From an uncultured Acidobacteriota bacterium (GTDB taxonomy: Bacteria > Acidobacteriota > Terriglobia > UBA7540), in assembly GCA_963804995.1 (NCBI GenBank), contig CAWDSK010000006.1, forward strand, positions 2,080,001 through 2,144,000: DNA of 64,000 bases, in the 5' to 3' direction. The notes beneath the pieces were generated by a model. It saw nothing but the letters and a program-made list of their open reading frames with translations. It ran no database searches and had not been told where the DNA came from. Below are positions 48,203-58,363 of the stretch, one piece after another. Made by a program: the position numbers and the translations under genes. Positions within the stretch are counted from its first letter, which is position 1. Each line of letters starts with the position of its first letter.

Positions 48203-48679
48203 GATTGTCTCCCTGTCTACCCCTCGATTGATTGGCCGGGTAGCCACGGTGTCGCCACGGCGACCCGTTCTGACCGTGGGCTTTTCTCATGCCCGAGATC
48301 CCAGCGGCAACCGCACATCGTCAATCTGAATGGGCACGCCGCTTGGGTCACCCTATGCAACACAAAATTGTTGTAGCTCAACCACCGCCAGAAGAACCCA
48401 CGGTCAGAACGGCACTGACCGTGGCTACCCCGCTTTTTAGCAAACATTTTGGGGCGCAGGTTGAAAGTCGCCGCTACGATCCAAGAGACCCCTCATCCGC
48501 TTCGTACCTCAGCACCTTCTCCCGCCTCGGCGGATCTGCGACCCCTGGGAGAACGTTAGAAATCAAACCGCCCTCTCCGAGGGGAGAGGGTGGACCGCCG
48601 CCGGCGTTCTCACCAGCCGGGGCGGGACGGGTGAGGGGTCACTTTGCCAGTCCATAACCACTTGGTTGCGGCCGCCGCG

Positions 48680-50672
48680 CTACCTCGTCTGCGCTACCGG
48701 CTTGGGAACGAATTTCTCAATACTCACTTCAGCCGGAGCCGCTAACGTCGCCAATACATCCAAATCGAAATACTTGTACAAATCCAGGCAGAAAAGGTCG
48801 GGGGCCTGGTTGTAAGTCACGGGGGCTTCCAGCAAAAACCCCAGGCTCGCCATCCCTTCGTGAACTTTGATCTGGGCGAACAAATCGGGTTCAAGCGCCG
48901 CAGCCACGAGCGCGATCACCTGACTGCGGATTCCCGTGCATTCCACTCGCACTTCCGTGACCCCGGCTTGCTGCCCGACCCAATGCGCGATTTCAATGAG
49001 CTGCGCAGCTTCCATTCCCAGGGGACGAGTCCCGACCGTCGCGAAGATCTGGGAGTAGTCAGCCAGCTCTATACCCTTCCAGGCATCACCCGTGAACATC
49101 AGGTCAAGCGCCAAAACTTTCTCATCGCGATTCACGCGGTCCGACACTTCAGCGCCCGCCGCGCCCTTGCCCTGGTCATTAAGCACGATGGTCACCGGGG
49201 TTTTGGCGGGAGTGACGATTCCCTTCAGGTAAACCCCGTTGGCGCTCAAGCCATTGCTCATTTCAAATAGATAGGATTTTGTTTCGAGGCCCTTGTTCTT
49301 GCTATTGGCGAGTGTCCAGACGCGGGCCAGATGAGCCGGCTGGTAACGGATCACCGAGCTGAGCTGCTTCCGTTGAGCGGCGATCCATGCTGATTTTTGG
49401 GGGTCCTCAACGGGCACAGGCGGACGGCTGATTTCACGGCCCAGTTTCCGTGCCAGGTCAAGGATCGTCAGGTTGTCAGGGGGAAGCCCTACGACCAACT
49501 CATCGTAACTTTTGATCTCAGAGCCTGAGGGAATCTCCTTCTCATCCACCGGCAATTTGAATTGCTGGCTGAAAAACCGGTAAGCCTGCTCGCGGTTATA
49601 GAGTTGGTAATTGTGCGTTGATGGGTCACGATTCTCGTAATACTGGAAGACGTCTTCCTTGCCGTAAAGTTTGAAGAAGGGCCGGATGTTATCAAAAACC
49701 AGACCCTTCACCATGGGACCGCGAAAGCAACAATCGTCTTCGGCGTTATAAACCAGCAAGGTGGGGCGCGGGCTCATCATCGCCGTCAGGTGCGTATAAT
49801 CCACGCCATCGAGCAGGTCCGTACCATTCTGCTCGATGTCCCCCAGGTCGCCGAATTTCCTTGCCTCGATTTTGGTGCCGAGGGAGGCGTAGCCCGCCAC
49901 CGGAACCGAGACCTTCACCCTTTCATCCAGAGCGCTCAACACAATCGTCTGCCAACCGCCGCCGGAGAGGCCGGTAACGCCTAACCGGTCGCGGTCCACG
50001 TTGGGGTGGTTGTAAAGGTAATCGAGTCCGCGCCGCATCTCGAGGTAGAACAATCCCAGTCCGTTTTGACCCACCAGGTCAAGGTGCGCCCCGAACCAAT
50101 GCTGGTTCCCCTCCTTGTGCAATTCGCCAAAATAAAACCATTCGAGGTTCAGGGCCAGGATGCCTCGCTTGGCAAAGTTGATGCAGCGCTTCTGCTTGTA
50201 TTCCACCGATTTTCCCGGCGGCCCCACATGCCCGTTCACATTGAGGATGGCCGGCGCCTTGCCCTGTAGGTGTTCGGGCTCGTAAAGAATGGCTACGGAC
50301 TGGAACCCCGGGACAATCTCATAACGCAATTTGCGCAGCCTGTACCCCTGGCCGGTTTCGATGACGCCCAGGTCTTCGAACTTGGGCGCCGAGTTCACCA
50401 CTTCCTCCGGCCAGCCATGGAACACCACATCCTTCAACAAATGCTGGCGCAAGCGTTGGGCTTCGCCCGTCCACTCAGCGGGCGTGGTGGCAACGGGCGG
50501 CGCGGCGACTCGGCTCAAGAGATACTTCTTCACCTGATATAAGGCCACATTGGGAGCAAGAATCTCTTCCTTCAGGATCGGCTCGAACTTGCTCGGGATC
50601 GGTTTGGGCGAAGAGGAGACCACTGGGTAAGAATAGAAGTGCGAGTAGGAAGAACGTTGCCCGGACTGCCAT
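48680..50672 (-). CDS. secreted acetylxylan esterase-like alpha/beta hydrolase; signal peptide separated by a +1 frameshift at ~50586
   Basis: TGLSGGG, DDCC, THNY; upstream frame gives MAVRATFFLLALLFLPSGLLFAQTDPEQV with an RBS. Confidence 0.82.
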
Positions 50673-51387
50673 CCTCGTCCCCAAGTGAACCCCTTGCTTG
50701 TGGCGGACAGGACTGGTGGCAGGATGATCTTGGTTTCCTGCCTCGCGGTTGACGCCTTTCGAAAATTGCTTGCTGGTTTTCTTCATTGCCATGGGATCCT
50801 CTCTCGATAATTGGTGTCCTAAGTCAGATGCTCCCTGACAAAGTCTCACTGGGTTCAAAGGCGACCCCCTCACCCGCCTGCGGGCCGAAGCCGAGGTCGT
50901 TCACAGTTCCCAAGTGCCCCTTCGGTGGGCGTAGGCCCGTCCCGCCCCGGCTGATGAAAACGCCGGCGGCGGTCCACCCTCTCCCCCAAGGGGGCGAGGG
51001 CAGTAAATTCAAATGAACTCCCCCCTCGCCCCCTTGGGGGAGAGGGGCCGGGGGGAGGGCGTTCTCCAATAATCGGCGAACTTCTGACTCAGGACTCTAG
51101 CCCGGCTTTCTTGATTGCAAGGGCGGGCTTTGGCCTTTGTGGAAAAATTCGCTGGCGGTGTCCTTGCTCAGCACCATGCCTTTTATCTTGTCAGCACCAC
51201 CCCGTCGCTCAGCGCGCCACCCCTCCTCATCTGAGGAGGGGAGTGTTTTTAGGAACTCCCCGCCTAATTTAGGAGGGGTGGCGGTCCGACCGCCGGGGTG
51301 GTTACAACTGCGCGCCGAGCGCCGGGGTGGTTACAATTGCGCGCCGACCATTCCAACAATACCGTTCAGCCGCGACCTATCCTGCTC

Positions 51388-52494
51388 TTACCGGAGCGGT
51401 ATGCGCAAGGGCAATGAGCAACCCCAGTTGGCTGAGACGAACTGTCTGAACTCCTGGTCGGAGCGAATCTGTCGGCTGGAGATGGTGAGGAACAGCCCTT
51501 CCCGAGGCAATTTCCGCAACACTTCCGGGAGATGCTCCACACAATCGCCCACTTGCAAGATGAGGCGGGACCTTTCCAGAATCTCCCGGAACACGGGCAG
51601 CATATCGAGCAGAGTGGGCCCGCCCGTCTCCATCACGATTTGTAATCCGGCGAGGCCCGGGACATTCAGCACATCCTTGTAATGCTTGTAGCCGGTGGCA
51701 TGCAGGTGAAAGAGGACGTAGGCGCCCAGGCGCCGGACCACCTCGGCGTTAAGCTCCATAAAGATGTCGCGGTACGTGGCCGGCGACGCCATGCCCATGG
51801 TGTCTTCCTGAATGGCAATGGTTTTTCCCGGCGCCCAGTAACCGAAAATGTGGCTGTAGCCTCCCAGCTTGGGCTTCACCGTCGCGAAGTGCATTTCGAG
51901 CGCGTCGAGAAACATCTGGTTTACGCGTCGTGCCGCTGCCTTCACCGCCTGGGGATTGTCGTGCAGGTCCATCAGGAAATTCGTGATTCCCCGCATGGCG
52001 GCGAGGACGTCCGAGGGTCCGCGCAAAATCGAGGGGCTGATCCAGCAATCCTGTGGGGCGTGATTCACAAGCCAGGCAGTCTTGCGCTGCATGCAATCAA
52101 ACCAGCCATGGGGAGCGGGGATGGGAACGTTCGCCAACTCGTCGACAGATTCCACAAAGTGCGCGGGCGCGAGTGAGCCCTCGGAGTAACGTACGGGGCA
52201 GCCGGCACAAGCCTCGAGCCACGGGACGGCGCGCCAGGGAGCGGAGAACGCCAGCAGATCGTCACAGGAAACCTGGCGGTCCTTGAACCAATACTCGTAC
52301 TCCGTCATCGCCAAGCCTTCCGTCAAATCCTGCGGAGACACGCTGGGGCTGGGGAAGGGACGCCGCAGGAAACCAATCGGCAGAAAGATGCGGTCGTCGT
52401 AGACTCCCACGGGCGGACGGGCAGACGATTTCCTGTCCCAAAAGGAATCCCGGAAACGCTGGATGGTTTCGGTCAACTGCGCCTGCCCTCTCAT
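51388..52494 (-). CDS. uroporphyrinogen decarboxylase / MtaA-like TIM-barrel family protein
   Basis: RGPSD....RG...FLMDL.D.P, QED...SP..YR, FHLH. Confidence 0.75.
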   Translation of the reverse strand: MRGQAQLTETIQRFRDSFWDRKSSARPPVGVYDDRIFLPIGFLRRPFPSPSVSPQDLTEGLAMTEYEYWFKDRQVSCDDLLAFSAPWRAVPWLEACAGCPVRYSEGSLAPAHFVESVDELANVPIPAPHGWFDCMQRKTAWLVNHAPQDCWISPSILRGPSDVLAAMRGITNFLMDLHDNPQAVKAAARRVNQMFLDALEMHFATVKPKLGGYSHIFGYWAPGKTIAIQEDTMGMASPATYRDIFMELNAEVVRRLGAYVLFHLHATGYKHYKDVLNVPGLAGLQIVMETGGPTLLDMLPVFREILERSRLILQVGDCVEHLPEVLRKLPREGLFLTISSRQIRSDQEFRQFVSANWGCSLPLRIPLR

Positions 52495-52913
52495 GCTGAA
52501 TCACCTTGGCATTTCATGAACATCTTAAAAAGAGAGTTTTGAAACATGCGCAACCCGCGGCGCACCGCCGGGCTTTGCCAGGACGCCAGGAATTGCACTC
52601 GTAAGGGTAACCGTCGGCTGAGCGAAGTCAATCCCCCCAGGCAGTGCATGACCGCAGCATTTCGTCATGTGGGACAAGTCCCACTTGTTGCTCTCCGCGG
52701 GGCATAGCGAGCGAGGTCCCACCAAATTCCCAGTCTTCATGCGTTTTTCACTAGACCTTTTCAGCCCCCTGATTTTTCATTTTCGGCTCCACGGCGCAAA
52801 GCTACACTTCCCGGCGCCGCCGGAGTTCGAATTTGTTATTCGCACTCCTAGTAGCTAGAATAGTTCGCGTCATATTCCGTAGTTGCCGCGTGTGGCTTTA
52901 AAGTTTACCTCCT

Positions 52914-53621
52914 ATGAATCCTGACCTGATTGCAGTAGGCGCGCTTTGGTACATCGTCTTCCTTTTCTCCCTGACCTGCCACGAAGCTTCGCACGCGTTG
53001 GCTGCGCAGTGGGGTGGTGATCCCACGGCCGCGCTGGGCGGGCAAGTGACGCTCAATCCGCTGCCACACATCCGCCGCGAAATCTTCGGCACGGTTATCG
53101 TTCCCATACTCTCCTTCATCATGGGTGGATGGATGATTGGATGGGGCAGCGCGCCTTATGACCCGCGCTGGCGAAATCGTCACCCCCACCGCGCGGCGTG
53201 GATGGCGCTCGCGGGACCAGCGGCGAACGCCGTCCTCATGCTGGTAGCGGCGCTGGGGATTCGCATTGGACTTCTCACTGGCGTGCTGGTGCCGCCGGAA
53301 TCGGTACGCTTTACGCGAGTGGCGGCCGCAGCGGGGCACGGCAGGTTTCTCGAAGGAGTCGCGATTCTTCTCAGCATCATGTTCTCGCTCAATCTCCTGC
53401 TCGCGCTATTCAACTTGCTGCCCATTCCTCCACTCAACGGCAACGGCGCCATCTGTCTGTTGTTCACGGAGGACTTCGCTCGCCGCTTCATGGCCGCCAC
53501 CAACAATCCCTCCCTGGGCATCATCGGCCTGCTGGTCTGCTGGAAAGTCTTTGGATATCTTTACGACCCGCTGTTTTCAGTTGCCCTGAACGTCTTGTAT
53601 CCCGGGGCAGGATATCGGTAG
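52914..53621 (+). CDS. site-2 protease (M50) family protein
   Basis: HEASH, GDPT, LNP..H, ALAGPAAN, FNLLPIPPL(N)G. Confidence 0.9.
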   Translation: MNPDLIAVGALWYIVFLFSLTCHEASHALAAQWGGDPTAALGGQVTLNPLPHIRREIFGTVIVPILSFIMGGWMIGWGSAPYDPRWRNRHPHRAAWMALAGPAANAVLMLVAALGIRIGLLTGVLVPPESVRFTRVAAAAGHGRFLEGVAILLSIMFSLNLLLALFNLLPIPPLNGNGAICLLFTEDFARRFMAATNNPSLGIIGLLVCWKVFGYLYDPLFSVALNVLYPGAGYR

Positions 53622-53636
53622 CAGCGCCCCGACCGG

Positions 53637-53730
53637 TCGTGGCACGGCCGACCTGCCCCGATCCATCGGGGTCTTGGCCGTGCGCACGGGCAGGACCCCG
53701 ACCCGTCGGGGCAAGTCGCCCGTGCCACGA
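53637..53730. repeat. REP doublet TCGTGGCACGG...CCGTGCCACGA with nested palindromes
   Basis: Perfect 11-bp terminal inverted repeat; each arm carries CCCCGA-N4-TCGGGG. Confidence 0.85.
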
Positions 53731-53743
53731 TTAGAAGTCCAAG

Positions 53744-55792
53744 TCACGGATGCGGGCGAAGTTCTTCCAGGCTGGGCAAAGTATCACCCTTCTTGAAAGT
53801 TCTAAACAGGCTCTCCAAGCGCATCTGAAAACGGGTCCAGTATTCGTACTCCATTTGCCACCGGCCGAGTTCGACGCCCAGTCGGTAATTCGTATACTCG
53901 TCTTGCCAGGCGGAATGGTATTTCTCCCGCGTCGTGGTGATCGCATCCAGCAAATCGGCGATACGCCCGTGATCCACCACGCTGGTTTGCCGCAACAGGA
54001 AGCTGATATCGGGGCGGGTGGGATTCTTGCCGGCGGTGCGGAAAAAGCCGGACATCTCCCCGGCGTATTGATACTTCATGCCCGCGTAATCCAACATGCG
54101 CGCGGCCACCAGCAGGCTGGGAAGCGAATAGGTATCCTGGGTAGAGGCAAGGGCCCGCTGCAAGCGCTCCTGGGCATCCTCAGCCAGCAAGCGCTCCTGG
54201 TGCAGACCATCCAGATTGGCCTCGGCGCGCTGGAGTCGAGTGGGATCAAAGGGATCTTCCCACAATCGATAGATCGTTCCTCCTCCCAGAATTTTTGTGA
54301 GCGACCCTTGCGCCGCGCTCAGCTTGTCGAGTGCAGCGGCAACGTCAGCGGCCACACTGGCCGGATACATCTGGGCAGCGTAGTCAGAAAGGAATTGGCT
54401 GCGGTTGACGGGCGCCGTTTGCCACCCCGCCACCGCTCCGTAGGCCATGCCGGGCAGGGCTGTCCGGTAGAGCACCTGGCCCGCGTCGGTCCAACCGGTG
54501 TTCATGATTCCCAGCGCGCCGAACTTGCGGCCGTCCGCGACGAAGCCATCAATGTTGGCGAAGGTGATGGAGTAGTCCGGAGCAATTTCATTCCAGCACC
54601 AGACGGCAGGCGCCACGACCTGCGGAACGTGCTCGCGTGCGAATGGCGCAACGAAGTCGGAGTAATCCGGCAGGGGGTCATAGTGCCAGGGCACCGCGAT
54701 CACACTCTTGGGCAACTGCGAAAACAGGGCGGGATATTTCACGAAGATCTGCGCACCGCTTTTGACATCCGCCCAGAACATGGGGCGCTTGCCCGCCTTC
54801 TGGACCAACTCAAAGGTCTGCTTCATCCGTTCGATGTACAGACTCGAAGGGTCGACCCCGCCAAGGATGTTCCCGGCGCGTTCCAATTCCCAGGGCTCAT
54901 CGAACCCGATATGAAACCACGGGCTGGGGAACAAGGCCGCGAGTTGCTGAATCCAATCTGCCACCAGCGCCTGCGTGCGCTCATTGCGGGGATTGATTTC
55001 ACCACCGTGGGGAATGAGGGCAAGGTCGGCGTAACGTTCCACCCGAAAGAGGTCGTGCAAATGGCCGTAGAGCTCGGCGCAGGGAACTACGTCAACATGC
55101 CGTGCGCGCGCGTAGTCAATGATTCGCCGGACCTGTTCCTCGGTGTACCGTCCGTCGGGGTTGAGCAATTCATAGCCGCGCAGCGCAATGCTCGCTTCGG
55201 AGTAGAAATAGTATTGGTTGGCTTTCCAGCGCGCGAGAAAGTCGATCTGGCGCTTGATCTCGGCTTCCGTCGGCAGCGGCCCATGGCTCATGTCCATCAT
55301 GAAGCCCCGATACGCGAGTGCCGGCCAGTCGTGGATTGACACTTCCGGCAGGTAGGCGTCTCCACCAGTCGCCTCCGCCAACTGGCGCATCGTCTGAACC
55401 CCGTAAAAGAGACCCGCCGAGGATCGCGCCCGAATCTCAGCGCCCCGCGGGTCAATTCGGATTTCGTAAGCTTCGCGGGAATCGGGGCCGGCATGGTCAT
55501 CCGGACCAGGAAGGGCCTCGACGGCGCCGGTGCGAACCAGTGTGACGGCACGATTGCCCGTCGCAACTGGAATCGTTGTCCCCGCCAAGCCCGACAAGGC
55601 GGACGACAACTCTTGCGCAGCGAATTGGTCCTCGGGGCTGGGGTTGGTTCCGACGCTGACGGACAACCCGCGCAGCGGAAGCTGTCCTGATCCGTATTGA
55701 ATTTGCTGCGGCTGGGGCAGGAGGGGCCTGTGTTCGGCCGCGAGACCTATGGCATTACAGCCAATGAGCAATACCAGAAGAACGTGACGCAT
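53744..55792 (-). CDS. GH20 family beta-N-acetylhexosaminidase-like protein, secreted
   Basis: LLPQPQ, EAY, GLFYGVQT, DWP...RGFMMD, HIGFDE catalytic motif. Confidence 0.9.
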   Translation of the reverse strand: MRHVLLVLLIGCNAIGLAAEHRPLLPQPQQIQYGSGQLPLRGLSVSVGTNPSPEDQFAAQELSSALSGLAGTTIPVATGNRAVTLVRTGAVEALPGPDDHAGPDSREAYEIRIDPRGAEIRARSSAGLFYGVQTMRQLAEATGGDAYLPEVSIHDWPALAYRGFMMDMSHGPLPTEAEIKRQIDFLARWKANQYYFYSEASIALRGYELLNPDGRYTEEQVRRIIDYARARHVDVVPCAELYGHLHDLFRVERYADLALIPHGGEINPRNERTQALVADWIQQLAALFPSPWFHIGFDEPWELERAGNILGGVDPSSLYIERMKQTFELVQKAGKRPMFWADVKSGAQIFVKYPALFSQLPKSVIAVPWHYDPLPDYSDFVAPFAREHVPQVVAPAVWCWNEIAPDYSITFANIDGFVADGRKFGALGIMNTGWTDAGQVLYRTALPGMAYGAVAGWQTAPVNRSQFLSDYAAQMYPASVAADVAAALDKLSAAQGSLTKILGGGTIYRLWEDPFDPTRLQRAEANLDGLHQERLLAEDAQERLQRALASTQDTYSLPSLLVAARMLDYAGMKYQYAGEMSGFFRTAGKNPTRPDISFLLRQTSVVDHGRIADLLDAITTTREKYHSAWQDEYTNYRLGVELGRWQMEYEYWTRFQMRLESLFRTFKKGDTLPSLEELRPHP

Positions 55793-56019
55793 GGACTTTC
55801 TCCTCGCGATGAAATCTGTGGCCATCGAGGCCAGTCTTGGGAATAAGCACTCATCCAACAGGGGGCATAGTTTTTGTGGACGCGACAAGGCCGCGCGCAC
55901 CTTGGAATCGTGCGTGATACTAACACGGCATAACTCGGATGGGCGGTGATTTTAGAGCGAGCTTGTCCAAATTACGCTCCTAGGGGCGGGAAGCGATCTG
56001 CGGCTCCGCCGCATGCTGC

Positions 56020-56170
56020 CCTGAAAATGCGCGCAGCGCCTTGGACTGCGGTAGCAGCAGCTACCGCCTTCCGCCTTCGGTCCAGACGGCAAATGTGCAA
56101 GGCGAGGGGGATGCAAGGCGGTAGCTGCTGCTACCGCAGTCCAAGGCGCCATCGGCACAACTATTTCCAT
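56020..56170. repeat. REPIN family E (CCTTGGA.TGCGG...CCGCA.TCCAAGG)
   Basis: Homologue in the opposite orientation at 62880-63035. Confidence 0.82.
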
Positions 56171-56209
56171 GAGAAGGCGGCGGGGCGGGGAGCCGGCAAG
56201 ATTGAGGCG

Positions 56210-57402
56210 TTACGCGTGTCGCCTGCGCCGCCATTCGTCGAGAAACACTTCCAGGTTCCGCCACGTTTGCGGGGCGTCCACGGTAATGTTATCGACTGGC
56301 GAGAGGATGAAACCTGCTGGCCCCAGGGTCTCGATGGCTTCCCGAACGGCGACGCGGATTTCCTCCTCATTGCCCATTTCCACCGTCACCGCTCCTGAGA
56401 CGCCGCCCCACAAGCAGATGCGCTCGGCGGTTTGCTTTTTGAAGGCCGCGAGGTTGGTATACGTGCCCTGAACAGGATCGACACCGATCAGAACATCGAT
56501 TCCCGCTTCCAGGTAGTCGTCGAGCAGAGGCAGAATGCCGTCTCGAGCAGATGTAACCGAACCGCGCGCCGTGCTCATGCGCCAGGGCCGCGTCGCTTTT
56601 GAGGTGCGGCAAAATCACCTGACGATAGAATTTGGGCGTCACGAAATCGCAGCCTTCATACCAAGCCCGGTAGATATACAAGTCCACCTTTCCCGACAGC
56701 ACCACGGCCATGCGTTGCTGGTTCCACAAATGGATCATTTCGAGGAGCTCGACAACAAAGGCGGGCCGGTCGTGGGCGAGCAGCATCAAATTCTCAAACC
56801 CGCAAAGCCAGTTCGCCATATCCCAACCCACGCCCCAACCGCCTGCCAGCAGCACTCCCTGGTCGCGCGCGAAGGCCTGGGCACGCGCGGCTTCGAGCTC
56901 GAACTGCCGGAACGTCTTCGGCATGGGGCGGAGTCAGGAAGTATTGCAGGGCTTCGAGCTCCGCCGAGTCTCCGGTAAGCAGCGGCTTCGTGGCGCGCGG
57001 CACCTGGTAATCGTCTACGAAGGGAATGTGATTGCCATGCGGCCAGTCGTCAGAGAGACGCACACTGGTTTGCAGCTTGCCCGCGGGAGTCGAGTATTCC
57101 TTGTTCAAAACGGAGGTCTGGCCGGGCGCATCCTCCCGCCATTCTCGCAAGCTCACCGCGGGATGAAACCGCACCGGCAGACCTCGTAATTCAGGGTGAT
57201 CGGGCCGCTGGGGGCGTGGCAGGGTGGGAATAAAGAGGAACGAATCCAGTCCCATGGCCCGCTCCGCCTTGACCAGCTCATAAAAATCCTCCCGGCAGCG
57301 GCGGCGCAACGCTGTGAAGCTCATGAACGAACACGGAATGTAATCCGCTTGCTGACATTTGAGGGTCAGCAACATTCGTTCGCGTAACGTGAGTTCCTGC
57401 AT
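56210..57402 (-). CDS. uroporphyrinogen decarboxylase family protein, split by two +1 frameshifts (~56909, ~56541)
   Basis: RERML...D.IP start; LCGFEN; CLWGGV; GFILSP end; three overlapping ORFs join into one. Confidence 0.8.
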
Positions 57403-57407
57403 ATCTT

Positions 57408-57507
57408 CTCTCTGACCTCTGTGGTGAAAAACTTTTGGGGTTGCAGCATACTCTTCATTCCGAAATAAAAGAAGATTCACCACAGAGGAAACCGAAGTCA
57501 CAGAGAA
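57408..57507. repeat. inverted CACAGAG-type repeat element (family H)
   Basis: CTCTCTGACCTCTGTGGTGAA / TTCACCACAGAGG..CACAGAGA. Confidence 0.7.
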
Positions 57508-57603
57508 AAGTACCTCTGCAGAGCGCTTGCCCCGTGGCCGTTCGGGTGTATATTAGCCCCGCCCGAAGTCCGAGGTCGAATTTATGAATGAGGTAAAACT
57601 CAA

Positions 57604-58170
57604 ATGGCCAAGCTATCAGTGCGGTACACGGATTACTTTGCGCAGACAATCCAGCGCATGCGTGAGGACGGATTACTGTTAGTCACGCTGGGCGCGGACG
57701 GAAAACCCAATGTCATGACCATAGGCTGGGGAACCATTGGCTCGATATGGTCACGGCCCATCTTCATCGTGCTCGTCCGGCCCTCGCGACACACCTATAG
57801 CCGGCTGGAACAGGTCAACGATTTCACCGTCAACGTGCCTCCCCGGGAACTGGCAGCGGCAGTGAGTCACTGCGGCACCGTATCGGGAAGAGAGCACGAC
57901 AAGTTTCAAGAGATGCGCTTGACTGCTGTTCCCAGCCGAGAGGTGCGATCCCCTATCATTCAGGAATGTCTTGTGCACTATGAATGCCGGACGGTGCACC
58001 GCAATGACATCGTGCCGGAGGCCTTGGCGCAAGCGGTGCGCGATGAATCCTACCCCCACGGGGATTTCCACCGCGTCTATTTTGGTGAGATTGTCGCCGC
58101 CTACGCCGAGGAGGATGCCGCCCAGCGCCTGCGCGTCCAGCCTATAGGGATTGGCAAGGTTCTTCCCTAA
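57604..58170 (+). CDS. flavin reductase-like family protein
   Basis: NVMTIGWG, VRPSRHT, CGTVSGR..DK, ECR, H.VYFGEI. Confidence 0.92.
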   Translation: MAKLSVRYTDYFAQTIQRMREDGLLLVTLGADGKPNVMTIGWGTIGSIWSRPIFIVLVRPSRHTYSRLEQVNDFTVNVPPRELAAAVSHCGTVSGREHDKFQEMRLTAVPSREVRSPIIQECLVHYECRTVHRNDIVPEALAQAVRDESYPHGDFHRVYFGEIVAAYAEEDAAQRLRVQPIGIGKVLP

Positions 58171-58204
58171 GACGGACGAATCATTCCGATAATAAAATCG
58201 GAAG

Positions 58205-58236
58205 CAGGGACAGGGAGCAGGGAATAGGGAACAGAA
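58205..58236. repeat. short CAGGGA(A/G)-type tandem repeat
   Basis: GCAGGGA CAGGGAG CAGGGAA TAGGGAA CAGAA. Confidence 0.6.
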
Positions 58237-58363
58237 TGACGGGCATGATCAGAGACGTGAATCGCAGAGCTGGGCTCGCTCTGCCAGCCAGCCCACTTAT
58301 TTGGGCGGCTTTTTCTGGCGGACTTTGCCAGCGAGTTCCCGTGTCGGATAGAATGGACAAGTC

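Noticed and set aside
52500..52660. Cobalamin riboswitch upstream of the UroD-like gene
   Set aside because: No B12-box or GCCACTG/GGGAAG core found
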